This document shows positions 35,200 to 47,937 of a DNA stretch of 64,000 nt, piece after piece. Positions within the stretch are counted from its first letter, which is position 1. The number at the start of each line of letters is the position of its first letter. Both the position numbers and the translations under genes were made by a program. Location of the stretch: contig QPGO01000028.1 in NCBI GenBank assembly GCA_008632985.1, positions 243,598-307,597 on the forward strand, written 5' to 3'. The notes under the pieces were generated by a model. The model ran no database searches. It was not told the DNA's origin and saw only the letters and a program-made list of their open reading frames with translations. The stretch comes from Psammoneis japonica (taxonomy: Eukaryota).

Positions 35200-36557
35200 T
35201 TATCTAGTAGTTGCCGTGTTATCTCGAAAGCAAGCATCAAACACCAGCGTCACGGGGATTTTCTTTTTCCGTCGCAGCGACGATCCTGGTGCTGGGCTTG
35301 TCGTTGGCGTTCCTTGCAGGCGGATACAAACATGTCCAGGTGCGGAAATGCCGCTATCTCGCGGACTCCACTCGATAATGGGCGACAATGACTCTTGCTT
35401 GGGAAGCAAATGAGGCGGATACGCCATTCCTCGCAACAGTTCCACACTCCAATATCTAGGTGTATTGGGGGCAGCATCAGTAACACTGGTAGCAACAAAG
35501 TCATCATCATCCTCGCCGTCCACTGTAACTGACATGAGCGGCGGTGCTTGTTCTTTTCTCAAAACCATTCCCAAGTTGGTTGCTAGTCGATTCATGACGG
35601 TCATATACAATTCCATTTGCATTTCCCAATCGGGGTGATGGTCAGCGTCTGGAGGCCATTGTCGGGCTTTGTTGTCTCCTTTTTGAGATCGGATTCTTAC
35701 CCTAGAATAACGGTTCAAACTTGTGTGAGAAAAAAGGTTGCTTGTGGCTCACATAAACATTGATATACATACCAATTGAAGGACAAATCTCCGTGAAAGT
35801 TGGTAAAGGAGCACTCTGCCGCACTATTGTAATACGTCAGTAACGAGTCTGCCATGTTGATGTGGTCTTGCAGTAATTGCTTTGGGACGCCGTGTCCAAT
35901 CAAGGCATAGGGTTTCGGTGGATGTCGCTTCTTTTTGGGTGACAATTCCTTGCGCATCACATCCATGATTGCCTGGCGTCCGCGCAGCAACCGCCTCGCC
36001 GCATCGGCACCACTAATTGTTACGATTCCTCCGGGCATTGCCGATTTCTTGATATAATCTTTTGGATCCAACATGGCCGAGAAATTGACGGTAGAAAAGA
36101 CCTGAGTCATGGGGTAGCTACCTCCTCCGCCAAATCGATGGCTTTTTGCGTGGTAGAACGTTCGGGGAAGTGACGATACATCTCGTTGCGTATTCGATTC
36201 GGCCGGTCCACCTGGCACTAGGACTGGTACTTTGCTACTACTAGAACGACTTCCTGACTTTCTCGTCTTTTTATTGTTGGATCGCCTACTCGAGTAACGC
36301 TTGGTCGAGCCCACTGGCCTCTTATTGTTTTGTTTGGTCCTGCTCGTCTCATTCGAGTCGGCGACCAAAAGGCCGTCCTTGAAGGCTATTTTTGTCGCAG
36401 CATCGTCCGTCCCTCGTCCGGTGTCGGTGACTTGCGCTCGGCTGTTGCTTCCCGTGCTGAGAAACTGAACCGACGACAATGGCGCAACCACTGGACGACG
36501 CTGTAAAGTCGTCAAACACCTCCCAATGGACCCTGAACAACAAGTACGCGTAGCCAT
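35200..36557 (-). CDS. Hypothetical protein, two exons (intron 35702-35772), mitochondrial-transit-like N-terminus
   Basis: GTATG...TTCTAG intron joins ORFs 35715-36557 and 35200-35718 in frame (FNW|VRIRS). Confidence 0.75.
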
Positions 36558-37155
36558 GGTTGCGTTTCTGAACCAACTATTGTGCAGCGCAACACAGAAA
36601 AGACACGGTGTCTTTGTGCCGAACTTGGTTGTCAGAAGTCGGAACGTGAAGTGTACGGTGCACGTCCGTAGAATCGTACATACGTAGAATCTTCATACAA
36701 GTTTCTCGTACGTCACAAAGACGGACTCGTTCGACTGACTGCGCAGCGATTTTCAAACAGAGGCGAGATTGCAAAAGGTTTGAAGGTCTCCAGACAGCTC
36801 TAATTTTGCGACAATCTTTTACAATCCTACAATGGGAACTACCGTATTGTAAAACACACCCCACCCCCGACGAAATGATCTCATTCGTTTCATACAAGCA
36901 ACGCACAAGTTTGTTTCGAAAGGAGGATGCAGAACTGCACTGTATGCGGGGCTGCTACCATTCACCACTGTGCAATGGGTAGACATGCTGTGAAATCCTC
37001 AAAGACCAGAGTTTACCATAGAATAAAAAGAATCTTCCTTCAATCACATCTATAGTCAACCGGTTCTTACTTATGTTGCCATAACTTGGATAATCATCAA
37101 ATACTTAACACAAGGTGCTGTGTCAAATAGTTTGCTCCACGAAACAGCAGATTTT

Positions 37156-37570
37156 TTAAAGCTTCTTTTCTAGCTTTGCCAATCTCTTTTCCAATTCCCT
37201 TTGTTTTGCAAGCATTGCTTTATTGCCATCCTTGAGTTCCATGAATAAAAAGTACTGTGTGCCCAAAGCCGTCAGGCCTGCACCCACGACGAAGGATGTG
37301 AGTCGTTGCAACAAACCCGCACCGGCTTTTGGAGCTGCAGTAGTCGCTGGTTTGGAAACCTCGGAAGACATGAATCGAATCGAATTCTGTTCAAGTAAAA
37401 GATGGAGTTGAATGGAATGTGAGTGCGAGAGGGCGATGTGCACCTTACAACGTTGCATACGGCACAGGGCGGTACACGTCGGTGAAAAACGCTTGCTCAA
37501 GCAGTCACACAGAAATTCAGCTTACCGCAACCAAAGGCCGAGTGGTTCGAAAAGATAACGTAGAAATCAT
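37156..37570 (-). CDS. Small single-pass membrane/coiled-coil protein, two exons (intron 37387-37525), probably mitochondrial
   Basis: MISTLSFRTTRPLVA|NSIRFMSSEV...RLTSFVVGAGLTALG...ELEKRLAKLEKKL; GTAAG...ACAG intron. Confidence 0.75.
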
Positions 37571-38297
37571 GGTGATAAGAGCTGTGAAATGAACGTCACT
37601 ATCATGCAACAGCAGGCAGCAACAACAGCAAGATAAACAGCACCGCGTCGGCATGCGAATCGGACGGTCGGTTTTTTGGATCGCGCTCGATCTTTTGCCA
37701 CGTCATCATGCGAAGACCGATTAGATTCGATTTGTGCGTTTGTCCGCCAAAATTTTGAAATTTGAATTTTGCTCACGACTTAACGCCTAGTCAACAGGTT
37801 TGCCTTGCAGAAGGCGCTATTTCACAACCTTGTGAGTTTGTTGAAGATGCAGAGAGTTGTGATGTAGCTGCGTGTGCTGGAACGGCTGCAATGATCGGTA
37901 GTATAGGAGCTGCAATGTTGTCAAATCATGTGTGGATAATGAGAAGGGCGCAACGGTTGGAAACGGAAGTTGTGTGGGATATATATGTATCGTGCTTGTC
38001 AGTATTGACTCCAAACGAAAATGACTCATACAACGAATCTTCTAGTTCATCGGTCGGTAATGGTAGCTGCAACTGCGATTCTGTCTACGCAAAAATACAA
38101 TGCGTCACCATTGGACACGTAATTGCGACAGGCGGTCCTTGCAGCTTGAGCGGCTAACGAAGCATTTGGGAAACCACGAGATGCATACCTCATCTTCTAC
38201 ACTCTATCTTTCCAGAGCTAAAGCATAATATCCGCCCGAAGTGCCTTTTCTACCATGAATACCAATAAGCTAGAGAGGAAAGCATTATCATATCTTC

Positions 38298-39608
38298 CTA
38301 TTTCACTTTTTTCGCAGACTGAAAGGTCGGGCAGCGGGAGAGGTCAAGAGCATTGTGGGGTAGTTTCGAGAGTTCCAAATCCCACTCTTGGGTCGGCACT
38401 TGGTTACGTTCAAAAATACATATATGCATTTCGCAATGAATCGATTGCATGAGCGGCATGAGTGTTGGAAAACAGGGACCATTATCCGGAAACTGGGGGT
38501 CTCCACAATAGTGCAAATCGGCCATGATTTGAGGCAAGAACTGAGTCCGAAACTTGTTGGCTTCGGAAATGGGCTGAATGTCTTCAACAATCATTAATCC
38601 ACCCGGTTCAATACGAGGGAGCCAAAATAAGACGGACTGGGCCATGTGCCAATCCAAGTGTGCCCCATCGTCCACGACAATTTTGAGAGGTGGGCTATCG
38701 GTGCGATTCATTTCAGTCGTCCAAATGTGATTCAGCCAATTGATATTAGAAGCATCCCCACAATGCAAACGTTTGGCCTCGCGCAATTCCTTGTATCGAG
38801 GACTCTTAGCTGCAAAGTTTCCAAACGGCCATTTTCCCTCTTTTCGTGGTCCTTCGGGCAAGCAGGCGATTTCCATCGAGTGCAGTTCAGCTCGAGGTAG
38901 AAATTCTGTGTAAGCGTCAAAGCCTCTACCATTGTAGAAACCAATTTCCAAAAACTGAAAGGGCTCTGCATCGTCGGTAGAATACTTGCCGAGACGAGAT
39001 TGGTACATAGTATCGTAAAAGTGTCCTGCAGGTACGCATTCTTTTCGCTTGCATTCTGGACGAGTGCAATACATATCTTTCTTGTCTAATGAAACACCCT
39101 CGCACCGTTTCATAAGTTTGTGTGCCAGAACTTTGTCCGTGAGTGTTTTTGAAGCAATCTCCAAAAAGCTTCGCTCTACGCTACGTGCGGGTCGGCTGAC
39201 GGTTTTGCGGTCCTTGTCAATCGTTCCATCTTGATCAGCCTCTTCGTAAACATCGTCGGTCCCGTCGTCGTCAACGTCGTCAACGTCGTCGTCGCCACCA
39301 GTCATTGCTTTTCTTTCTTTCATATCAACCATTGCTCGTTTTGAGGGAGCAAGCTTTTTCGTGTCAGTCCCGTCGTCGCCACCAGTCATTGCTTTTTCTT
39401 CTTTCTTATCCACCATTGCTCGTTTTGGTGGAACAATCTTTTTTGTGTCCTCTAGAACTTGACGAAGGCGACTGCTCGTGTCGGTATCAGTGTGTTTTGA
39501 TTCAAATCTCACTACAACCATCACGTTCATGAGCATACTCATGATCAAAACAAGGACTAAAAGTTCTTGCCTTCGTTCATTCTTTGTTGTTCCCTGGTAG
39601 CTTGTCAT
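38298..39608 (-). CDS. Type II membrane protein with a class I SAM-dependent methyltransferase-like domain
   Basis: N-terminal TM segment, duplicated KRAMVD..KAMTGGDD linker, FLEIGFYNG, IVVDDGAH, PGGLMIVEDI. Confidence 0.8.
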   Translation of the reverse strand: MTSYQGTTKNERRQELLVLVLIMSMLMNVMVVVRFESKHTDTDTSSRLRQVLEDTKKIVPPKRAMVDKKEEKAMTGGDDGTDTKKLAPSKRAMVDMKERKAMTGGDDDVDDVDDDGTDDVYEEADQDGTIDKDRKTVSRPARSVERSFLEIASKTLTDKVLAHKLMKRCEGVSLDKKDMYCTRPECKRKECVPAGHFYDTMYQSRLGKYSTDDAEPFQFLEIGFYNGRGFDAYTEFLPRAELHSMEIACLPEGPRKEGKWPFGNFAAKSPRYKELREAKRLHCGDASNINWLNHIWTTEMNRTDSPPLKIVVDDGAHLDWHMAQSVLFWLPRIEPGGLMIVEDIQPISEANKFRTQFLPQIMADLHYCGDPQFPDNGPCFPTLMPLMQSIHCEMHICIFERNQVPTQEWDLELSKLPHNALDLSRCPTFQSAKKVK

Positions 39609-40261
39609 GATTCAATCGACAAAAGCAACAGGTCTGCTTGTTGTAATGGCAACAACTGCACTTCGTGGTGAACACGAACAAGGATTGTGCAAAACGACGC
39701 GAGTTTCACAACAACGCAAAACTTGATGGCGCGATCTTTGTTTGGAAGGGGGGGGCGGTGACAGCAGGTCATAGTCGTATGGCACTTCTATTTAACCGTA
39801 GCTGCGTAAATTTGAATATGTATGTGGGGGAGTGAGCTTGCGTCCCCTCGAAAAGAGGGATTACTCCAGTCCCGTCTTTTCAGTCGTGTTCGTGACTCGC
39901 TTTGTCTGCGTGTGAGTCCGCGCGCAAATGAAGAAAGGAAAGGAACGGAAAAAACCGTCAGCACGCACACAGCAGAACGCCGAATGCATCTTGGAATGCT
40001 GGTGCGCCCTGATTCCAAAATCTTCAATCTACAGTACATTCGATGTCTCGCCAGTCTACTGTAGAAAGCATCTGCCACACGAGAGAACTCACAATGAGCA
40101 TTGTTGCGTAAGGATGCGTCAAACTGGAAGGAATACTTTTGAAAGTAGTAGGGTTGGCCGCACTGCTCAATGTGTACGTATGGAGATAGCACCACTCGTG
40201 CTACAGTCCTACTAGAGTTTCATGGGCAAAGCTGCGCTCTACACAAACACTACAAAACGCA

Positions 40262-40984
40262 TTACGGACTAGTTCGCTTTCCGTAAAGCTTCACATCCAT
40301 GACCAAATCGGGCTGATAGGGTCGATTGGCGTTGCAATAAATGTTCTTGAAACGTTGGTAATACTCCCCTGCCGCGCCTTCTGAAGCGGGTGGAATGGGT
40401 CCAACGCCTTTTCCTTCTTGACAATCCTGATATTGTAATCCTGCAATCGGTTTGGCTAGACTCGTGTATCCCAGAGTTGAAGGAATAATGACGCGCCGAA
40501 TGCCACCTGGTTGCATGGGAGGCACCGAATCATCCCCAAGTATAGCTTGTTCCAACCCTGCAATGGTGGTTCCATCGCCCAGTGTCCAGCGATACGGAGC
40601 ATTGCTGTCTTTGGAACTGTAAATTTTGGATCCATATCGGGCTCCCGTTGTGGACATTACATAGTCAATCGCAACTGGTGATCCACGTTGAAGCGGTTGT
40701 CCACTTCCAGTCTTGTAATCCGCCCACTGTAATCCAGAGGGAGCCGTTGTAAAAACAAGATCCGGAGGCGGCGCTGGTGCTGCCGATGCCTCTTGTGGAT
40801 ACGACAACAAGAACAAGGATGGTGCTGCTCCGACAAGCAACGCAGATCGACGTGAAATAATACGAGGCGGATCACGGTGATCATGATGAAGCTGCAAAGC
40901 CATGCTTTGTGGAGCTAACGAAAGGAACATGAGCAGCAGGGAAATCATGGTTTTCATTCCGATTAATCTGCTCGGCGTCGCCAT
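40262..40984 (-). CDS. FKBP-type peptidyl-prolyl cis-trans isomerase, probably thylakoid lumen (start codon uncertain: 40984, 40957 or 40948)
   Basis: SGLQWADYKTGSG, IAGLEQAI..MQPGGIRRVIIPSTLGY; signal peptide plus twin-arginine SRRSALL...ASA. Confidence 0.9.
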   Translation of the reverse strand: MATPSRLIGMKTMISLLLMFLSLAPQSMALQLHHDHRDPPRIISRRSALLVGAAPSLFLLSYPQEASAAPAPPPDLVFTTAPSGLQWADYKTGSGQPLQRGSPVAIDYVMSTTGARYGSKIYSSKDSNAPYRWTLGDGTTIAGLEQAILGDDSVPPMQPGGIRRVIIPSTLGYTSLAKPIAGLQYQDCQEGKGVGPIPPASEGAAGEYYQRFKNIYCNANRPYQPDLVMDVKLYGKRTSP

Positions 40985-41480
40985 TGTCACAGCATGTACT
41001 TGCCCAAGGGCCTTGCCTTTCTCTTTTATGGCTCTTGTAGCTTGTTGGTTTTTGATTTTCAATATATTTTGTGCAAATTTTGTTTTGTCGTTGATGACGT
41101 CTTTTCTCCAATCAGGATTCTATCTTTCGCTTGCCAGCCCGAAATGCAGAAAATGATATATCTATATTCCCGAAGCTATCTCTATTTCGAACCGTTATTA
41201 AGTGCTACTTCTTATGGCTGTATGCAAATATATATTTGGGTGCAAATTTTAAAATTTTGAATTTTATCGAAAAAGATTCAACACGAATGCAAATGCTCAC
41301 AAGACTTGTCGTTGACACATCACAAAGCAAACAAACCACTCATTTTTCAGCCATCGGACCGATTGAACAGCTGGTGTGTGTTTGTGAATGCATTGCTTCT
41401 TTTCTGCTGTCGTGTCGTGCCTCTAACCGACCACGTCTTGCTCTTGTTCCTACCCTGCCTCAAAGCCGAACATAGTCACC

Positions 41481-42365
41481 ATGAAGTTCCTTGTCGCCGC
41501 CGTCCTTGCAGCTACTCTGGTTCTAGGAACAGTCGCTGGAGAGGAGAGTGTTCATAAGACCCGTCGCCTTGCCAAAGCCAGGCGTTACAAATCATCATCC
41601 ACAGCAGTAGGTAAGGGGAAAGGCGGCGAAAGCAGCTCCAAAGGCAAAGGCAGTAGCGAAAGCAGCTCCAAGGGAAAAGGCGGTAGCGAAAGCAGCTCCA
41701 AGGGAAAAGGCGGTAGCGAAAGCAGCTCCAAGGGAAAAGGTGGCGAAAGTAGCTCCAAGGGAAAAGGTGGCGAAAGCAGCTCCAAGGGAAAAGGCGGCGA
41801 AAGCAGCTCCAAAGGCAAAGGCGGCGAAAGCAGCTCCAAGAGCAAAGGAGGCTCCAGCAGCAAAAGCAAATCCAAGAGCAAAGGCAAAGGTGGCTCCAGT
41901 AGCAACGGCAAGCCCAAGCGCAAAGGCTGCAAGGTCGAAGACATTATTGGCAAGTTTGAATTCTCTTATGACTACACTACAATCGATGACAGTGATGGCA
42001 GTGTTGTAATTTACAAGGGCGAAAAGGCTCAGTTATCTTTCGAGGAAATCCACACGGACAACATCTTATTCATGAAATACTGCTTCTTGGGATCCTACTC
42101 CCGTGTCGGTCTTCTCGCACCCACATCCTTTGGATACGATGGCAAGATTAGCTTCAAGATGAATAGGTGGACAAACACATCAAAGCCCACGGCCACGACG
42201 GATATTCTTAATGACTATGCCTTTTTAGGAGAATATGACTGCAAAACGGAAAAGATGATTGTTTCTTATCAGTCATATTTTAATGGACAAGCATGGACCG
42301 GTGTGACTTACAAAGATGACCACCTTCCCCTACAAGCTGACGGTTGCCGCCATCCATATCCTTAG
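41481..42365 (+). CDS. Secreted Ser/Lys/Gly-repeat protein, silaffin/cingulin-like N-terminal half plus globular C-terminus
   Basis: Signal peptide MKFLVAAVLAATLV, RRL motif, ~8 tandem KGKGG(S)ESSS units (24-27 bp DNA repeats). Confidence 0.8.
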   Translation: MKFLVAAVLAATLVLGTVAGEESVHKTRRLAKARRYKSSSTAVGKGKGGESSSKGKGSSESSSKGKGGSESSSKGKGGSESSSKGKGGESSSKGKGGESSSKGKGGESSSKGKGGESSSKSKGGSSSKSKSKSKGKGGSSSNGKPKRKGCKVEDIIGKFEFSYDYTTIDDSDGSVVIYKGEKAQLSFEEIHTDNILFMKYCFLGSYSRVGLLAPTSFGYDGKISFKMNRWTNTSKPTATTDILNDYAFLGEYDCKTEKMIVSYQSYFNGQAWTGVTYKDDHLPLQADGCRHPYP

Positions 42366-42367
42366 TG

Positions 42368-42394
<27 letters not shown>
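42368..42394. repeat. (GA)n microsatellite
   Basis: Directly visible just after the stop codon. Confidence 0.95.
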
Positions 42395-42398
<4 letters not shown>

Positions 42399-42809
42399 TG
42401 TGGTGTGATTTTTGATTTATAGTGCGTTCTGCAGTAACGAAGTGTGAGTGAGTGACTACTACTAGTAGAGTGACGAAACAAATTTATAATATATAATATG
42501 AGAGTTTTGAAGAAATAATTGAATGTCACAGATTATGCCCAAGTATGAGTAGATAAGCATCAGTGTTGTCAGACCAACAATTTCTCCACCAAAGTCTGCA
42601 TTTCGCATCCAACATGAGCGGCCTCTCCTGTGTTTCTTTTTTAAAGGCCAAGGACACGCATGCGATCAACAATCGGAGAAACGAATTTAAGATAGAGTAC
42701 GATGCTTTGGCAAACACGAGAGTCGACATTTGCCGCTGAGCTTATGCAGTCTTATTGTTCAGGAGGATGAAGAATAGCAGCTCAAAGGAGAACGCGGAAC
42801 GTAGCCGCT

Positions 42810-45800
42810 TTATGCCGTGTGTATTAGCTTGGAACGAATACTTTTGATCCTTCGACCCTTTGTATCCAAAACCACTTCAATGTTGTCTGACTTCTGGGAG
42901 ATGCGCCAAGCTTTGCTTTGTTGCGGTGCCGCCGTTGTGCTGTTGCTCGGTTCTGGGGATGGGATTTCAATCGTCGTGTTTAGGGAAACAAACAACGTCT
43001 CTTTTCCACCCTGATACAAAATCATGACTTTCAATAGAGAGAATGCACTCCCTTTTTCACCGCAGCTTTTGGGCTGAGAAAATTTCCGACCACACTCAAC
43101 TTTGGGAACATGCCAGATATCAGCTGAGTTTGCTTTGTCCGGTATACTGTCTTGCCGGAACGTTTCAGCTTTGGCGTGATTGTCGCCAAGACAGGATCTG
43201 TTACGTGCTCATACTTAGCATCTTTGCTATCTTGATTCACATAGCCAGGGATGGCCAAAAGCTCTTCACGTTCGTAGTTTGAGGCGCCCAGATTTTGGTA
43301 ATCATTGCGCTTGCAATAGTTCAAAAGGTAATTTGGGGAAGGATTGAAGACATCGCAGTAGGCGGGAAACTGTTTCGTGAGGGCCAAATACGTGCAACAG
43401 GTGAAACGAGCGTTTACCGCTCCAACAGGATCGCTCAGTCCATTCATGAACGTGTTACCTCCGACAAAGAGGGCGTTGTTTTCGCACCCTGGAATGCATT
43501 TAACCGGCTCGTAACCCGGTGGCGTATTTTCCGCTCCCATTAAATCTGACCATTTTTCACATATTCTGGTCGAGTCACAGTTTGGTTCAAAATCGTTGCC
43601 GTCCCCAGACGGGTATTCATCGGTGGGATCAAAAAGAGAATGTGCTGCACGATTTGAATGAAATACGTTAGTACGGAAGCAAACGACACACGATCAACAG
43701 AGGCAGGCTTACGGCGAATAGGTATCTTACCAAGCTCGTGAACCAAAACAAATGAAGAGGCGGGGTGTGTTGACGCCGTGGCAATGTTTGCGTTTGTATA
43801 CCCAGCGCCGCCGTATGTGCTTGACTTGTGAAGGACGACACTCTGGAGATTCGAGCCCACGGGAAAGCACTTGCTGGCCAACGAATGAGTTCGGGTAACA
43901 TCACAGCTAAAGACGAGCAATGAAAGTAAAGAACGTCCCATGTAAGAAACATCGAGATGATTGGGCATTGGGCCATTCGTGTTTGTTGCGAATAAATCAA
44001 AACTCACCATAGAAGCCGATCGATTCCAGCGCAACCAATCTCACAAAACGATGAATCGAGCTTACGAGGGCTCACCATGAAAATGTTGAGGCTGTCGATC
44101 TCAGGTGCAAACATTTCATAATTCTGCATAAAGCGATAGGCCTGCTGAACCGTTGACCGCCATTCTTTACGACCGATCGAGTCAAACGCAGAAGCAACAA
44201 ACACGATATTTATCGCGTTCTTATGAAATGGAGTTCCGAATCTGTGCTTGATTGGGTAGCAATCAGACGTGGCCATGCAAACGCCGTTTCGACATGTCTG
44301 CGACATGCAATCGCTGCCATCTGAGCAAACCTCTCCAACCGCCCCTTGGCCAATTTCCGACGCATCGGAAGCCGCCATTTCCGTTGATTTGGTTGGCAGA
44401 AGAGTAGGCGCTTTGGTTGGCATCTTTGTTGGAACTTCTGTCGGTGTTGCCGAGTAGAGGGTCGGCGCTTCTGTTGGTGGTACTGTGGGCTTATCTGTCG
44501 GAAATACAGTTGGCGACGGAGTTGGCTTTGCCGTTGGTGGTGGCGTCGGTTGAATAGTTGGCAAGAGTGTTGGAACAGGTGTCGGTTGACGCGTCGGCAA
44601 GGATGTTGGTGGGGGCGTTGGTTGTAGTGTCGGTGATTGTGTTGGAATAGGCGTTATTGAATTATCTCGCCGCCACATGAATAGGAATGGCTGTAATTTA
44701 TTCATTGATTCACCTGTGTCTCTCGTCAACACGTCAACATTGCCCCACCTTTTCCTTTTTCCGTCCCAGGCTCAGAAAATGGCCTCTTGATCATTATTTT
44801 GAACTGACAGCATGATGCTGTCTCCTATAGGAGAGGCGTCAAGCATCATTGAATTGGGGTTATCACCCAGATCAGGTCCTATCAACTCATCAGACCAGCT
44901 CCCCGACCATGTTCTGTAGTGAAGATCATGGCTGTTGGTCGAATAGGTTGCCAGGGCTCTTCCGGATGTTGCCTCAAATGCAACTGCAACCCCAGGATAG
45001 TTTCGAACTGGAGTTCTTGAAGAAGCTGTTTTGATTGATCCCCATCTTTGTCCATCCCACAAACCCAGCCAAATGTCTTGACTAATAGTGGAAACGCCAA
45101 GCGCGATTTGATTGCTAGATGGATCAGGTCCAAGCGTGGTCCATATTATCCTCGATGAACCTTCTGGTGCCTCTGCCGACCCTTCCTTACTCCATGTTGA
45201 TGTAACCCCATCCCAGACTCGATAGAGTAGAGTGGCCGCTACGTCGACATACACCACCAGAGCTCTGCCACTCTTAGCCTCGTACGCAACCGACACATTC
45301 TCAAGCCAGCTGTTTTCACCGTTTCGCAAGTCGATGGCATTACTCCATGTGCTCCCATCCCACACAATGCTGTAGTCACTGCTTGATCTTGTACCGACCA
45401 CAAGTACCATTTCGTTGCTTTTTGGATTTGCTGCCAACTCCAAATGCGCATGCTCGCCGCCCACGGGAGCATTGACTTTAGATTCCGAGCTCCAGGTTTC
45501 CCCATCCCAAGTGCGGTACAAAACGCTGTCGTTCCCCTGACTACCGTCATGCCACATCACCATCAGATTTCCACTTTTAGACTCATACTTGAGTGCAAAA
45601 CTCCACCAGTATGAGCTTCTCGCCCTTCTTGTGAGAGGAGAAAATGGAAGGTCTCTCCAAACTCCTTCTGAGTACATTTGACCTGTAACAATTTCATCTT
45701 CAGTGACTCCGACAACAATCGCTTCATCACGAGTGGGTGAGGTAGCTCCCTGAATAATGCGCCATCTCCCACCTGAGCTTTCCAGACTCTCCGATTCAGT

Positions 45801-46091
45801 TGCAAAGTTGCGTCCATCATAAAGAGCACAGCGCGGCGGAGGATTCTTTTTCCCCGAGGTCGCCCAGATCGCAATTCCTTCTTCAATTGCTGTTCCTTGA
45901 GCTGCAACATGCAAAGCACACAATATGATGAGAAGTGCGGGAAATTCAATTATTGCCAGATGGAAAGCACGAGGAGAATGGTTGGCCATCATTGCATCAT
46001 TAGTTCTAGTGCTGAGAGTGTGGTTAGGTTCGTACCCGCGACGTCTTTGGTCATTGCGAGAGATTGTGCGTGCATTGTGAGCGAGAGTCAT
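42810..46091 (-). CDS. Multi-exon secreted protein: WDG-repeat propeller-like domain, Pro/Thr linker, M64-like zinc metallopeptidase; in-frame TGA at 44772-44774; 3' end uncertain (43031 or 42810)
   Basis: Introns 43907-44007 and 43645-43730 splice to give INIVFV..YGGAGY..VHELAHSLFDPTDEY (HExxH..DEY); ORFs 44772-46091 and 44004-44732 share a frame. Confidence 0.7.
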
Positions 46092-47937
46092 GGAGAAACA
46101 GTCATCGCATTAGGACATACCGGTACATCACGGTGGGACGGTGCGCGTGGTGAGGTATCTCATACGGGAGGCTACAGTAAAGCGCGCCTGATTGCTTGAT
46201 TGTATTGACAGAGTCCATCGCTCGTTTGTATGTCATTCGTTTGACACGTGCCAGCAGCCAGCAGCAGCAGCCAGCAGCGCAGGGCATCCATGAGTGTGCC
46301 AAGTCACCATCAGATGGGTCTCAACAATCAGAGATGATCTGCATTGCTGACCAGTGGGTGCCTTTTCTGAATCCTCACACAACCAGTTTAGTTCATTGCA
46401 TCTTTTATTTCAAATGTTTTTGGCCAGATCTTGTTTGTGTTTGCACCACTCTGTGCATGGGAGAAAGTCTCTTTCACAGCTGCACAGCTCTCTCTCTCTT
46501 CAGCTGTTGTTGCAGAACTCTGAGTGGCCCCTGCAACACGATGCAAGAACATTGATCCTGAAAATGCAATCAAAAACTTGCACCATTTTGCAGATGGCAG
46601 GAACTCAGGCCACTGCTTTCCTGCCATCAACTCTGTCCTCAAGAAAAAAGAAAATCCCCGCCCCAAGCAGGTCAAGCCTGGAGCAACTTTCTGCAAGTCA
46701 TTGTGCAAAACCACATTTGCTGCTCCCAAAGTGCACAAGAAGAAGCACTCATCAAGCAGTCAAAGCTGTCAGTGGACAGCAGCACACTGCACGGTTGTTG
46801 AGGTCATCTCGTGATGATGCGAAGCTCTCAACAAGCCAAGTGCTCAGGATCTTTGTTGCTGGGGTGTTTGCTGGCTGAAGTGATGTTGCTCTTCATCTGG
46901 TGCTGACTGTCAGCTCTCATCCAGTTTTGTGGACATGTGCCCAAAATGTTGTTTTTGAACACTTTGCGAGCTCTCCCACCTCAGAGCAGATGCCTGGCCC
47001 AGTGGAGCTTTTGTGTGGCACTGGCGCCTCTTTTTGCTTGGTGGTGGTGTGCAATCCTCCCCTGTGACTGCAAAGCTCTGGAGGCAACAATGAGAGACTT
47101 CTTTCTAAGCTTGAGAACTGCTTCAAATGCCCTTTTTTTTGCTCTTGCGCAATCTCCTTTGTGCCAGAGGTGGGCGGGGCTCTCTTTCTGCAGCAATTTT
47201 TTTTTTGCAGATCCAACATTTTCTGATCTGCTGGTGGACTCTTTTGTGGCTCTTCCTGGTCTGCCCCACCCAGCTCCTGCAAAGCACATGGGGACTGACC
47301 TTTTTTGTGTCATCTTGCACAACCACACCCCAGCACTGTTTTTTTCTTCATGACGAGAAAATGAGCCAACAAGAAACAAAACACAACAGCATGCTCATGT
47401 GCATGTTGCACACACACCCATGTTTGTTGTGTGCAGAACAATCAAAAACGATTTCAGCCAGGACAGCTACTGCGTGGCAAAATAAACAAAACATCATGTC
47501 GAGATGCATGGCCAAAAAAGAAACACAACAACGTGTCGAGACGACTCCTTGCGTTGTTGTTGTTGCGCAGCCAACATCATGTATTGCGCGCACCCATGAC
47601 GAACGACAGACACACATGTTTTGTAGTACGAGTACAAAGCATTTTTCACACAAGTAGTCTAGAAATAGTAGTAGTATACTATCATTCGTTTCTACTGTCA
47701 TGTCCTTATCATTTTTCTTTTAAGCTTGCCCAGTGAATTACAAAATTCATTGTTCAAGACACACATTATTGCAGTTGTTGTTTTGTGGGCCCTGGGTGTG
47801 TTGTGCACACCAAAGGACCACTATATATCATTATTATATTGTTGCGTGCGTGGGCCCAGGGTGTGTGTTGCACACCACGAGACCACTGTAATTGTATTGT
47901 AGTAATTCTTCATAGTATATTCTCCATTTCCCAACTC

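Noticed and set aside
24231..46091. Alternative genetic code or programmed readthrough to explain in-frame TAG/TGA
   Set aside because: Other genes here end normally at TAA and TAG, and the two internal stops differ; isolated nonsense mutations or errors are simpler
47784..47890. Short tandem duplication GTGGGCCC..GGGTGTGT..GCACACCA..GACCACT downstream of importin-alpha
   Set aside because: Only two ~38-bp units in a 3' flank; no evidence of function
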